From Robiginitalea sp. (GTDB lineage: Bacteria; Bacteroidota; Bacteroidia; Flavobacteriales; Flavobacteriaceae): 64,000 nt of DNA. Positions within the stretch are counted from its first letter, which is position 1. Each line of letters starts with the position of its first letter. Shown here piece after piece: positions 31,436-42,369 of this stretch. A program made the translations under genes and the position numbers. The stretch covers positions 8,898 to 72,897 of the forward strand of contig JAHECA010000005.1 of NCBI GenBank assembly GCA_024642005.1, written 5' to 3'. The notes beneath the pieces are model-generated. The model did not search any database and had not been told where the DNA came from. It was given only the letters and a program-made list of their open reading frames with translations.

Positions 31436-32698
31436 ATGAACTTCAGTTTGCGCCTCCAGCCCGCCCTGTTTAAAAACCTGACGGTCCAGATCTTTGTTGC
31501 CATGCTCCTCGGGGCTGCCCTGGGCATCTACGTGCACCAGCAATACCCCGCAGAAAGCGCAACCTCCTTTAGCGACCTTATCAAAATTCTGGCGACGGTT
31601 TTCATTCGCCTGGTGCAGATGCTGATCGCCCCCCTGGTTTTCACCACCCTGGTGGTGGGCATTGCCAAGCTGGGCGATGTAAAGTCGGTGGGGCGCGTGG
31701 GGGGGAAGGCGCTGCTCTGGTTCTTCTCAGCTTCTTTCATTTCCCTGCTCATCGGCCTGTTTTTGGTCAATACCACCCAACCCGGGGTGGGCCTGAACCT
31801 GGAGGGGGTAGACCTGTCGGCGGCTTCGTCTGTGACTGAAAAGACCGAACATTTTTCGGCCCAGAATTTCATCACGCACATTTTCCCGAAAAGCATCGTA
31901 GAGGCCATGGCCACCAATGAAATCTTGCAGATTGTGGTGTTTTCGATTTTCTTCGGCCTGGCCGCCGCCTCTATTGGCGACTACACCAAACCGGTGGTTA
32001 CAGCCCTGGAGAAGGTTTCCCACATTATCCTCAAAATGGTAAACTACGTGATGATGACGGCCCCCCTGGGGGTGTTCGGGGCCATTGCAGGGGTTTTTGC
32101 CATTCGCGATATCCAGGATCTGCTCTTCACCTATACCAAATATTTCGGGGCCTTTATGCTCGGTATTTCAGCCCTCTGGGCAGTGCTGATGCTGATCGGG
32201 TACCTTTTCCTGAAACGGCACATGACCGCCCTGCTCCGGCGCCTGGTAAGCCCGCTGGCCATCGCCTTCGGCACCACCAGCAGCGAAGCGGTATTCCCGA
32301 AGCTCACCGAAGAACTCGAGCGGTTCGGGGTCAAAAACCGCATTGTCTCCTTCATGCTCCCCCTTGGGTACTCTTTCAACCTAGACGGCAGCATGATGTA
32401 CATGACTTTTGCCAGCATTTTTATCGCCCAGGCCTATGGGGTGCACCTCGACCTGGGCACCCAGCTCACCATGCTGCTCGTGCTGATGCTCACCAGCAAG
32501 GGCATTGCAGGGGTGCCCCGGGCCAGTCTGGTGGTGGTGGCCGCCACCTGCGGCATGTTCGACATCCCGGTCGAGGGCATTGCCCTGATTTTGCCCATCG
32601 ACCATTTCTGCGACATGTTCCGCAGTGCCACCAACGTACTGGGGAATGCCATAGCCACCTCAGTAGTGGGCAAGTGGGAGAAGGCACTGGACACCTGA
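31436..32698 (+). CDS. Dicarboxylate/amino acid:cation symporter (DAACS; DctA/GltP family)
   Basis: I prefer the ATG at 31436 (MNFSLRLQ...). Motifs FGTTSSEAVFP, MLTSKGIAGVPRASLVV and PIDHFCDMFRSATNVLGN. Confidence 0.9.
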   Translation: MNFSLRLQPALFKNLTVQIFVAMLLGAALGIYVHQQYPAESATSFSDLIKILATVFIRLVQMLIAPLVFTTLVVGIAKLGDVKSVGRVGGKALLWFFSASFISLLIGLFLVNTTQPGVGLNLEGVDLSAASSVTEKTEHFSAQNFITHIFPKSIVEAMATNEILQIVVFSIFFGLAAASIGDYTKPVVTALEKVSHIILKMVNYVMMTAPLGVFGAIAGVFAIRDIQDLLFTYTKYFGAFMLGISALWAVLMLIGYLFLKRHMTALLRRLVSPLAIAFGTTSSEAVFPKLTEELERFGVKNRIVSFMLPLGYSFNLDGSMMYMTFASIFIAQAYGVHLDLGTQLTMLLVLMLTSKGIAGVPRASLVVVAATCGMFDIPVEGIALILPIDHFCDMFRSATNVLGNAIATSVVGKWEKALDT

Positions 32699-32759
32699 CC
32701 GCACCTGCCGGCAGGGAATTTTCTGTACCTTTAGGGGGGGCGAAACCCCGCCTGAGCCA

Positions 32760-33194
32760 ATGACAAACTCATCTTTGCCTTCCTTATCACTCGGTTTCCT
32801 CGACCATGTGGCCATTCGCGTGGCCAACCTGGAACGCTCGGCGGCCTGGTATGAAGAAGTACTTGGCCTGCAGCGTTACCAGCTGCCGGAGTGGGGGCCT
32901 TATCCCATCTTTATGCTGGCCGGAAAATCTGGGATAGCCCTGTTCCCGGCAAATTTAGACGACCCTGCGCCAGACCCGGCCTCCCGGAACATAAAAATTG
33001 ACCACTTTGCCTTCCAGGTAACCCGGGATAATTTTGACCGGGCCCTGCTGCGCTACAAGGCCCTGGGGATGGCATATGAAGTAAAGGACCACCATTACTT
33101 CCATTCGGTCTACACCCCTGACCCAGACGGGCATACCGTGGAACTGACCACACTGATGGTCCCGGAAGGGGCATTCTACGTAAAATCGGGCTGA
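32760..33194 (+). CDS. VOC (glyoxalase/bleomycin-resistance/dioxygenase) family protein
   Basis: LDHVAIRVANLERSAAWYEEVLGL and a C-terminal PDGHTVEL. Confidence 0.8.
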   Translation: MTNSSLPSLSLGFLDHVAIRVANLERSAAWYEEVLGLQRYQLPEWGPYPIFMLAGKSGIALFPANLDDPAPDPASRNIKIDHFAFQVTRDNFDRALLRYKALGMAYEVKDHHYFHSVYTPDPDGHTVELTTLMVPEGAFYVKSG

Positions 33195-33253
33195 ACCCCG
33201 GCAACCCCCCTGCCCCGAAGAATGCCTGCCTGAGAACAGCAAAAATCCTTAAT

Positions 33254-34207
33254 ATGAACAAAATCAAATCAACAGGCCTTGTAGTATCGCTCCTCTTTTT
33301 CGTTGGCCTTGCCTCCTGCAGGCGCGAAATGCAGCAGGAAGGGTACGTGGCGGTGGAGGGCGGAAACATCTGGTATACCACCGTTGGAAAGGGAGGCGGC
33401 ACGCCCTTGCTGATCCTTCATGGTGGCCCAGGGGGCCGGAGCTGCGGCATGATTCCCGGATTTTCGCGCTTGTCGGCAGAACGGCCCGTCATTTTTTACG
33501 ACCAGCTCGGGTCGGGCAACTCCGACAGGCCCAATGATACAACCCTCTGGACAACCGGGCGCTTTGTAAATGAAATCGATGCCCTCAGAAAGGCACTCGA
33601 CCTGGAGGAGCTGCACATTTTAGGGCATTCCTGTGGCAGCACGTTCTTAATCGAATACCTGGTCACCAAAAAGCCAAAAGGGGTCCGGTCTGTTATTTTT
33701 TCCAGTCCGATGATCAGCACGCCCGACTGGATCGCCGATGCCAGGAAGTTGCTTGCCGAGTTGCCGGCCCATGTTCGCGACACCCTCTACAAGTATGAAG
33801 CCCTGAAGGAATATACGGCTCCCGCCTATCAGGCTGCCACCGATTCCTTTTATGCGCGTCACCTGGTTCGCAGGGAATGGCCCTATAAATCGCCGGCATG
33901 TGCGAATTATGGCCCTTCGAATGATTCCATCTACAACTACATGTGGGGGCCAACCGAATTTACCGCCACGGGCACCTTGCTGGATTTCGACCGGACCGAC
34001 AAGCTGCAAGAAATCGAAGCACCCATCCTCTTCATGGCAGGTGAGTACGACGAGGCCAGGCCCGAAACCATGTATCGCTACCAGAACATGGCCAAAAATG
34101 CCACGGTGGAGATCATTGAAAATGCAGCGCATTCCACCATGGTCGACCAGCCTGAGAAGGTTGCTGAAGTCATCAATCGATTCCTGAAACAGGTAGAATC
34201 GCATTAA
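33254..34207 (+). CDS. Alpha/beta hydrolase lipoprotein, proline iminopeptidase-like (S33)
   Basis: Lipobox VGLASC. Motifs LILHGGPG, the nucleophile elbow GHSCGS and a C-terminal AAHS. Confidence 0.8.
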   Translation: MNKIKSTGLVVSLLFFVGLASCRREMQQEGYVAVEGGNIWYTTVGKGGGTPLLILHGGPGGRSCGMIPGFSRLSAERPVIFYDQLGSGNSDRPNDTTLWTTGRFVNEIDALRKALDLEELHILGHSCGSTFLIEYLVTKKPKGVRSVIFSSPMISTPDWIADARKLLAELPAHVRDTLYKYEALKEYTAPAYQAATDSFYARHLVRREWPYKSPACANYGPSNDSIYNYMWGPTEFTATGTLLDFDRTDKLQEIEAPILFMAGEYDEARPETMYRYQNMAKNATVEIIENAAHSTMVDQPEKVAEVINRFLKQVESH

Positions 34208-34248
34208 GCGGCCCGTCCTGTAAAAAGCCAACAATCATCCTGCGGTTT

Positions 34249-36330
34249 ATGGAGCGCTTTCCTCACTTTAGAATTATACGCCAATGCCTGGCCTTCCTGC
34301 CCGTGATACTGGCAGCTGGCAACGGATACGCCCAGGTCCCGGCTGGCCCGGTGGCAGGTATCGAGATCCGGGAAGTCATGATCCCCATGCCCGACGGCAT
34401 AACCCTTGCAGCCGACCTCTACCTGCCGGCCGGGGCCAGCGATACCGACCGATTCCCGATCATCCTGGAGTACCTGCCCTACCGCAAGGATGAGGGCCGA
34501 AGCCACCGCTTCCCGTTTTATTCCTATTTCGTGCGACACGGCTATATCGTGGCGCGGACCGACATACGCGGCACGGGCCGAAGCCAGGGCAGGCTGGTAG
34601 ACGGGGAATATTCGCAGCAGGAGCAGCTTGACGGGGTTCAGGTAATCGACTGGCTCTCGCGCCAGGCTTTTTCCACGGGCAAAGTGGCCGTGCTGGGCAT
34701 CTCCTGGGGCGGTTTCAACGGCCTGCACCTGGCCATGCGCAGGCCTCCTGCCCTGAAGACCATAATCACGCTAATGTCTACCGACGACATTTATCAGGAC
34801 GACGTGCATTTCATGGACGGCATCATGCACATAGATGCCTACGAAATTGGGCAGGACCTGGCCAATGCCCTGCCGGGCGCCCCTGATTTCAAAATCGATG
34901 AGGCGTATTTCCGGGACCGGTTCGACACCGAGCCCTGGCTGCTGAAATACAAGCGGCAGCAGACCGACGGCCCCTTCTGGGACCGGGCCTCCCTGAACAC
35001 CGACTACAGCCGCATCGACATCCCCATGTTTGTGATTGGCGGCTGGTACGACGGGTACCGCGATTTCGTGCCCCGCATCCTGCAGCAGGCCGACGTACCC
35101 ATAAAGGCCCTGCTCGGGCCCTGGAACCACACCTGGCCAAACCGGGCCAGCCCGGAGCCGGCCATCGAATGGCGCGAAATGGCCGTGCGCTGGCTCGACC
35201 ACTGGCTCAAGGGGGTCGACACGGGCCTGATGGAGGAACCGGCCCTAACCTATTACCAACGCGACTGGCATGCCCCAGGAGGCGACCTGCCGGAAATCCC
35301 CGGCACCTGGAAGACCGCAGAATCCTGGCCCGAGGGCCGCGATACCCTACTCTACCTGCAGCCCGACCACGGGCTCGCTGCAAAGCCATCGGTCCTGAGC
35401 CATACCCTGAGCTACAGGCCCACCGTGGGCGTGGAGGCCAGCGGCTCGGTGATGTGGTGGGGCGACTGGGCCCCCGACCAGCGGGCTGCCGATGTATACA
35501 GCCTTACCTACGATACGCAGCCGCTTACCGGCAACCTGGAAATCGTTGGGTTTCCTACGGTAAACCTGCAGGCCTCGGCCTCAGCCCCGGCGGCCAATTA
35601 TATCGTGCGCCTGTCGGATGTTGCGCCCGACGGCCGGGTTACCCAGGTTACCGGGGCAGGCTTTAACGCCACCCACCTGCACTCGGCAGAGCGGCCGCAA
35701 CCCCTGATACCCAACAGCACGTATACCATCCCCATCGAATTGCACGCCACGTCCTGGACCTTCCGCAAAGGGCACCGCATCCGCCTCTCCGTAGGCAACG
35801 CCCAATGGCCGATGTTCTGGCCTTCGCCTTATGCCATGACTACGACAGTGCATTCCGGGGAAGCGACCCCCTCGTTCCTGAGGCTGCCTGTACCGACCGC
35901 ACCTGCCCCCGGGGCACTGGCCAAACCGTTTCCGAGGCCCGCGGACGACCCGCAACTGCCCGGATACGAATCCCTGGAGTCAGAAACCCTGTCGGGCTTT
36001 GCCGAAATCAGGGAAATTACCCGCAACGAGCGCACCCAAACCACCACCGTGCTCGCCACGAATTCGGGCAGCGACCGCTTTCCCTGGGGCACAGTGCACT
36101 ACACAGAAGCCATCACCCACCAGGTGGGCGACCACACCCCGGCCGAAGCGCGGGTACAAAGCACCTACACCACCACTGTGGAACTGCCGGGGCGCACCCT
36201 GAAATGGACCGGGATCCTCGAATTCTCGAGCGACCTTGGAAATTATTACTACCGCTACACCCGGAAGCTGGAAGAAAACGGCCGGCATGTGCGGGAGAAA
36301 CAGTGGGAAGAAACCATTAAAAGAGAATAG
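34249..36330 (+). CDS. CocE/NonD-family hydrolase (S15 X-Pro dipeptidyl-peptidase fold)
   Basis: Signal peptide. Motifs YLPYRKD, DIRGTGRSQG, the nucleophile GISWGG and a C-terminal beta-sandwich domain. Confidence 0.85.
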   Translation: MERFPHFRIIRQCLAFLPVILAAGNGYAQVPAGPVAGIEIREVMIPMPDGITLAADLYLPAGASDTDRFPIILEYLPYRKDEGRSHRFPFYSYFVRHGYIVARTDIRGTGRSQGRLVDGEYSQQEQLDGVQVIDWLSRQAFSTGKVAVLGISWGGFNGLHLAMRRPPALKTIITLMSTDDIYQDDVHFMDGIMHIDAYEIGQDLANALPGAPDFKIDEAYFRDRFDTEPWLLKYKRQQTDGPFWDRASLNTDYSRIDIPMFVIGGWYDGYRDFVPRILQQADVPIKALLGPWNHTWPNRASPEPAIEWREMAVRWLDHWLKGVDTGLMEEPALTYYQRDWHAPGGDLPEIPGTWKTAESWPEGRDTLLYLQPDHGLAAKPSVLSHTLSYRPTVGVEASGSVMWWGDWAPDQRAADVYSLTYDTQPLTGNLEIVGFPTVNLQASASAPAANYIVRLSDVAPDGRVTQVTGAGFNATHLHSAERPQPLIPNSTYTIPIELHATSWTFRKGHRIRLSVGNAQWPMFWPSPYAMTTTVHSGEATPSFLRLPVPTAPAPGALAKPFPRPADDPQLPGYESLESETLSGFAEIREITRNERTQTTTVLATNSGSDRFPWGTVHYTEAITHQVGDHTPAEARVQSTYTTTVELPGRTLKWTGILEFSSDLGNYYYRYTRKLEENGRHVREKQWEETIKRE

Positions 36331-36334
36331 GATC

Positions 36335-36973
36335 ATGCAGGAATCCACGAAAAACACGGCTGTGGACGAGTACCTGGCCGTGGGTTGCGGCCGCTGCTCT
36401 TTGGGGGGAACCCCCCAATGCAAGGTGCACCCCTGGCACAAAACCCTGCAACAACTCCGCCGCATTTTGCTGGGTTGTGGCCTGACCGAGGAAGTGAAAT
36501 GGCGCGTGCCCTGCTATACCTATCAGGGCCGCAACATACTGATGATGGCCGCTTTCAGGGACTACGCCGCTCTCAGCTTCTTCAAAGGAGCCCTTTTGGA
36601 CGACCCGGAAGGCCTGTTGAAAGCCCCCGGAGAAAACTCCCAGGCCTTCCGGTATTTGCCCTTTACCGACGCTTCCCTTATACCGGCAAGGGAGGCAGTT
36701 ATAAAAGCCTATGTCGCTGAAGCGATACTGCTGGAAAAGGCGGGGCGCAAGGTGAAATTCAAAAAGATCGAAAATCACCGGGTACCCGACGCACTCGAGG
36801 CCCTGCTCAAGGCCCGGCCTGATGTAAAGGAAGCTTTCGACGCCCTCACCCCCGGGCGAAGGCGCAGCCACATGCTCTATATCGCCGGGGCCAAGCAGGC
36901 CCAGACCCGGGAAAGACGGGCCGAACAGTGCGCCGAAAAAATAGTGCGCGGAAAGGGCTGGCTGGAACGGTGA
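36335..36973 (+). CDS. YdeI/OmpD-associated (DUF1801-related) family protein
   Basis: I prefer the ATG at 36335, 4 nt after the upstream stop. Motifs include EVKWRVPCYTYQGRNI and, at the C-terminus, LTPGRRRSHMLYIAGAKQAQTRERR. Confidence 0.7.
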   Translation: MQESTKNTAVDEYLAVGCGRCSLGGTPQCKVHPWHKTLQQLRRILLGCGLTEEVKWRVPCYTYQGRNILMMAAFRDYAALSFFKGALLDDPEGLLKAPGENSQAFRYLPFTDASLIPAREAVIKAYVAEAILLEKAGRKVKFKKIENHRVPDALEALLKARPDVKEAFDALTPGRRRSHMLYIAGAKQAQTRERRAEQCAEKIVRGKGWLER

Positions 36974-37014
36974 ACACGCCGGTGCCATATTGCCTTTCCG
37001 GGAAAAGGATTTTC

Positions 37015-37809
37015 ATGCTGTCGCTATTGCTGTGCCTGAGCTGCGTAGCTAAAAAAGCCTCCCCCCCGGAAGGTTGGATCGATCCGGTTTCCGGTGTTGA
37101 ATTCGTGTTTATCCCTAATGGGAGCTTCGATATGGGTGGTTCCGGAGCGGTTGCGGATTCCTTGATAGCCGCGCCTTTGCACCCGGTGGAACTGACGGCC
37201 GATTTCTGGATGGGCCGGACCGAAATTACCCGCAAACAGTGGGAACGGCTCATGGGCAGCGAAGAGCTGCACCCCGATAAACCAAACCCTTTCCGCAAGG
37301 ATGACCCCGATTACCCGATGGTCAGCGTGTCTTACCAGGATATTGAACGGTACCTCGAGGTCCTGAACAACCGGGAAGGTGCCTGGCATTTCCGGTTGCC
37401 CACCGAGGCCGAATGGGAGTACGCCTGCCGGGCCGGGACCGGAACGGAATTTGCCTTTGGCGACAGGCTCACAGACTCCCTTGCCAATTACAGGGCCGAC
37501 CTGCCCTCGCATTTATCACGCCCTGGCCGGGCGGTGGGGCACCCTGCACCGGTAGGGAGCTATCCACCCAACCCCTGGGGGCTTTACGACATGCACGGCA
37601 ATGCCTGGGAATGGGTGAGCGACTGGTACGCTCCCTATACGGACCTTTCGGTCGACCCCAAAGGACCCGACCATGGCAATGAAAAGGTCTTGCGCGGGGG
37701 AAGCTGGTTTTTCGGGGCCGAAAACGCCAGGTCGGCCTCGCGCCGCACCCATGCACCCGGGCTGTGGGGGTTTTCAATCGGGTTTCGGGTGGTAGCCGAG
37801 CCCAGGTAA
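37015..37809 (+). CDS. FGE-sulfatase (SUMF1/EgtB/PvdO) fold lipoprotein lacking the FGE catalytic cysteine pair
   Basis: ATG at 37015 gives MLSLLLCLSC (lipobox). Motifs TEAEWEYACRAG, HGNAWEWVSDWY and LRGGSWF. There is no Cys after RGGSW. Confidence 0.8.
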   Translation: MLSLLLCLSCVAKKASPPEGWIDPVSGVEFVFIPNGSFDMGGSGAVADSLIAAPLHPVELTADFWMGRTEITRKQWERLMGSEELHPDKPNPFRKDDPDYPMVSVSYQDIERYLEVLNNREGAWHFRLPTEAEWEYACRAGTGTEFAFGDRLTDSLANYRADLPSHLSRPGRAVGHPAPVGSYPPNPWGLYDMHGNAWEWVSDWYAPYTDLSVDPKGPDHGNEKVLRGGSWFFGAENARSASRRTHAPGLWGFSIGFRVVAEPR

Positions 37810-37865
37810 CTACTTCCCTCCCTATCGAATTACCACTACAATTAGTCCGTCCAACCCGCCCGCAC

Positions 37866-38587
37866 ATGATCGCTTTTATCCGCAAATTCCGCAGGCAGTT
37901 GCTTTCCAGCAAGTCGTTTTCGAAATACCTGCTCAACGCCGTTGGCGAAATCGTCCTGGAGGTGATCGGCATCCTGATCGCCCTGGAAATCAATAACAAC
38001 AACGACCTGGAGAAAGAGCGCGAAAAAGAGCTGCACTACCTGGAGAACATCAAATCAGACCTGAACTTCAACTTACAGGAGCTCGACCGGTATATTGGCA
38101 TCCGCAACCAGTGCATCGGAAGTGCCCGAAGCCTTCAGCGATTTGGGCATGCCCATCTAAAACTGGCAGAAATTTTACCGGAACAACAACGCCTTTGAGG
38201 AACCGGTCAATTCGGGAATCCTGGCCATGATCTCGAACGACTCCATCAAAAGCCTGCTGCTCGATATCGATTCGCTGTACAAGAAGATGAAAAGCGAAGA
38301 AGACCATTACCGCTTCGACACCGAGGAACGGATCTACAAGCCGCTGTACAACACCATGGACCTTATCCCAATGATCCGCAATTTCGAGTACCGGGTCACC
38401 TACGGGGCGGTAGGCACCTTCAAACCCCTGCGGGCCGACTATTTCGACGGTTTTCTGACCGACGGCCGAATCAAGAACGGCTTTAGATGACCCTTCCCGA
38501 ATTCGGCACCATGAACAGTCAAATGGAGGAAATGAAGCGGATGTCGCAGGAGCTCAGACAGCTTATCGACCGGGAAATGCTGCGGTA
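37866..38587 (+). pseudogene. DUF6090-like membrane protein disrupted by at least two frameshifts
   Basis: The N-terminus MIAFIRKFRRQLLSSKSFSKYLLNAVGEIVLEVIGILIALEINNNN (frame 3) stops at 38198. The continuation ...NNAFEEPVNSGILAMISNDSIKSLLLDIDSLYKKMK... is in frame 1 and ends at 38490. The tail ...EFGTMNSQMEEMKRMSQELRQLIDREMLR returns to frame 3 and ends at 38587. Confidence 0.55.
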
Positions 38588-38632
38588 AAGACCGGCAGCA
38601 GTTCCAGGCCGACCAGGGGAAGAAACCGGATG

Positions 38633-38815
38633 CTACGATTCGTCTTCGGGGTCTTTGCCCCTGGTTTTAGGGAGGCGCCGGGCCTCTTTCAGGCTCTGGT
38701 AGATCATCCACTCCAGTTGGCCGTTCACGCTTCTGAATTCGTCCTCGGCCCATTTTTCGACCTGTTTGAACAGGTCGGGGCTGATGCGGAGCACAAATGA
38801 TTTCCGGTTGCTCAC
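38633..38815 (-). CDS. Arc-like ribbon-helix-helix DNA-binding protein
   Basis: 60 aa. KSFVLRISPDLFKQVEKWAEDEFRSVNGQLEWMIYQSLKE fits a beta-strand/helix/helix Arc/MetJ-type pattern. It starts 3 nt after the SPFH stop. Confidence 0.6.
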   Translation of the reverse strand: MSNRKSFVLRISPDLFKQVEKWAEDEFRSVNGQLEWMIYQSLKEARRLPKTRGKDPEDES

Positions 38816-38818
38816 AAA

Positions 38819-39676
38819 TCAGCCATTGAGGGTACCGGCATTCACTACGGGAACGGCCTCCTTGTCGCTGCAGAGCACCACCATCAGGTTGCTGACCATC
38901 GCAGCCTTTTTGTCATCGTCGAACTCGATGATGTTGTCGCGCGACAACTGGTCCAGGGCATCTTCCACCATCCCCACAGCCCCTTCCACGATTTTCTTGC
39001 GGGCGGCCACTATGGCTACCGCCTGCTGCCTCTTGAGCATGGCGTTGGCGATTTCGGGCGCATAGGCCAGATAGCCGATACGGGCCTCTATAACGCGTAT
39101 GCCGGCAATGGCAAGTCGCTCCATAATTTCCACCTCCAGGGCTTCGTTTACCTCGTCCATACCCGAGCGCAGGGTAAGTTCGGCCTGGGCGTCATCGAAG
39201 TTGTCGTAGGGGTACGAACCGGCCAGCTTGCGTACGGCCGCGTCGGTCTGTACCCGTACGAATTCCACATAGTTGTCGACCTCAAAAGCCGACTTAAAGG
39301 TATCCTGTACCTGCCAGACGAGGATAACATTGATCAGGATGGGGTTACCGATCTTGTCGTTCACCTTTACCCGTTCGCTGTCGAAGTTGCGCGCCCGCAA
39401 CGAAAATTCGGATCGGGCATAAAAGGGATTGGCCCAGAAAAAGCCATTCACTTTCACGGTGCCCTTATAGGCCCCGAAAAGGACCAGTACCTTTGAACTG
39501 TTTGGATTTACGATAAAAAAGCCCCGCAGCACCAGCACAATAACCGGCAGCAGCAATAAAAAGAAAGGATTGTGGAAGCCCAGCAAGCCGAATAACATTA
39601 CGGCGATAAAGAGGAACAACACCAACAGCATGGCGTACCCATTCCCAACACGGATTTCAAGTTCTTTGCTCATCAT
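38819..39676 (-). CDS. SPFH/band-7 domain membrane protein
   Basis: Two N-terminal TM helices followed by an SPFH core (VKVNDKIGNPILINVILVWQV...AIAGIRVIEARIGYLAYAPEIANAMLKRQQA). Confidence 0.88.
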   Translation of the reverse strand: MMSKELEIRVGNGYAMLLVLFLFIAVMLFGLLGFHNPFFLLLLPVIVLVLRGFFIVNPNSSKVLVLFGAYKGTVKVNGFFWANPFYARSEFSLRARNFDSERVKVNDKIGNPILINVILVWQVQDTFKSAFEVDNYVEFVRVQTDAAVRKLAGSYPYDNFDDAQAELTLRSGMDEVNEALEVEIMERLAIAGIRVIEARIGYLAYAPEIANAMLKRQQAVAIVAARKKIVEGAVGMVEDALDQLSRDNIIEFDDDKKAAMVSNLMVVLCSDKEAVPVVNAGTLNG

Positions 39677-39786
39677 AGTATCATTTTGATATCACTATAA
39701 TAGCATAAAAAAACATAACTACCAAATCAAAGACGAAAATTCTTTGGTTCAGCACAGGTACGGCTTATGAAACAGGAAGGGATTTC

Positions 39787-39816
39787 AAAAAAAAGCGGCC
39801 CGGAATCGGGCCGCTT
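39787..39816 (-). terminator. Rho-independent terminator of katG
   Basis: Stem GCGGCCCG (39795-39802) pairs with CGGGCCGC (39807-39814) around a GAAT loop. The A-run at 39787-39794 reads as U8 on the minus strand. Confidence 0.85.
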
Positions 39817-39847
39817 GCTATGCAACGTTTTTTCCTGTTCTGGTGGA

Positions 39848-42076
<2,229 letters not shown>

Positions 42077-42369
42077 TTATGTTGTTCGTTATAAAACTAT
42101 GATAATCTTTTCTTATTGAAAATAATTTATCATCGATATAATTTATACAGATTCGACAAAAACTATTGCCTCCCTCCCCGGGAGAAAAGCAGCCTTTAAT
42201 TTACGAAAGTTCCGGCTCTTAAAAAAGGAGTTCAACCCATAAATTAGCCCATCCGAGCCGCGAATCCGCCCACTTCTCACTATTTCGACGCGCCTGCCCT
42301 TCAGGTAATTGTTTTTTTAAGATATTTAGCGGGTGGCCCGGCCGGAGGCCAGGCCCTTAAACGAACCCT

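Noticed and set aside
36236-36334. Upstream extension of the YdeI-like ORF overlapping the CocE/NonD gene end. Similar TTG/GTG-initiated N-terminal extensions occur at 14061, 17470, 21734, 31391, 36928, 49763, 50934 and 60543.
   Set aside because: In each case an in-frame ATG downstream gives a protein starting at a recognisable signal peptide or family N-terminus and removes a long overlap with the preceding gene. The extensions are artefacts of longest-ORF calling.
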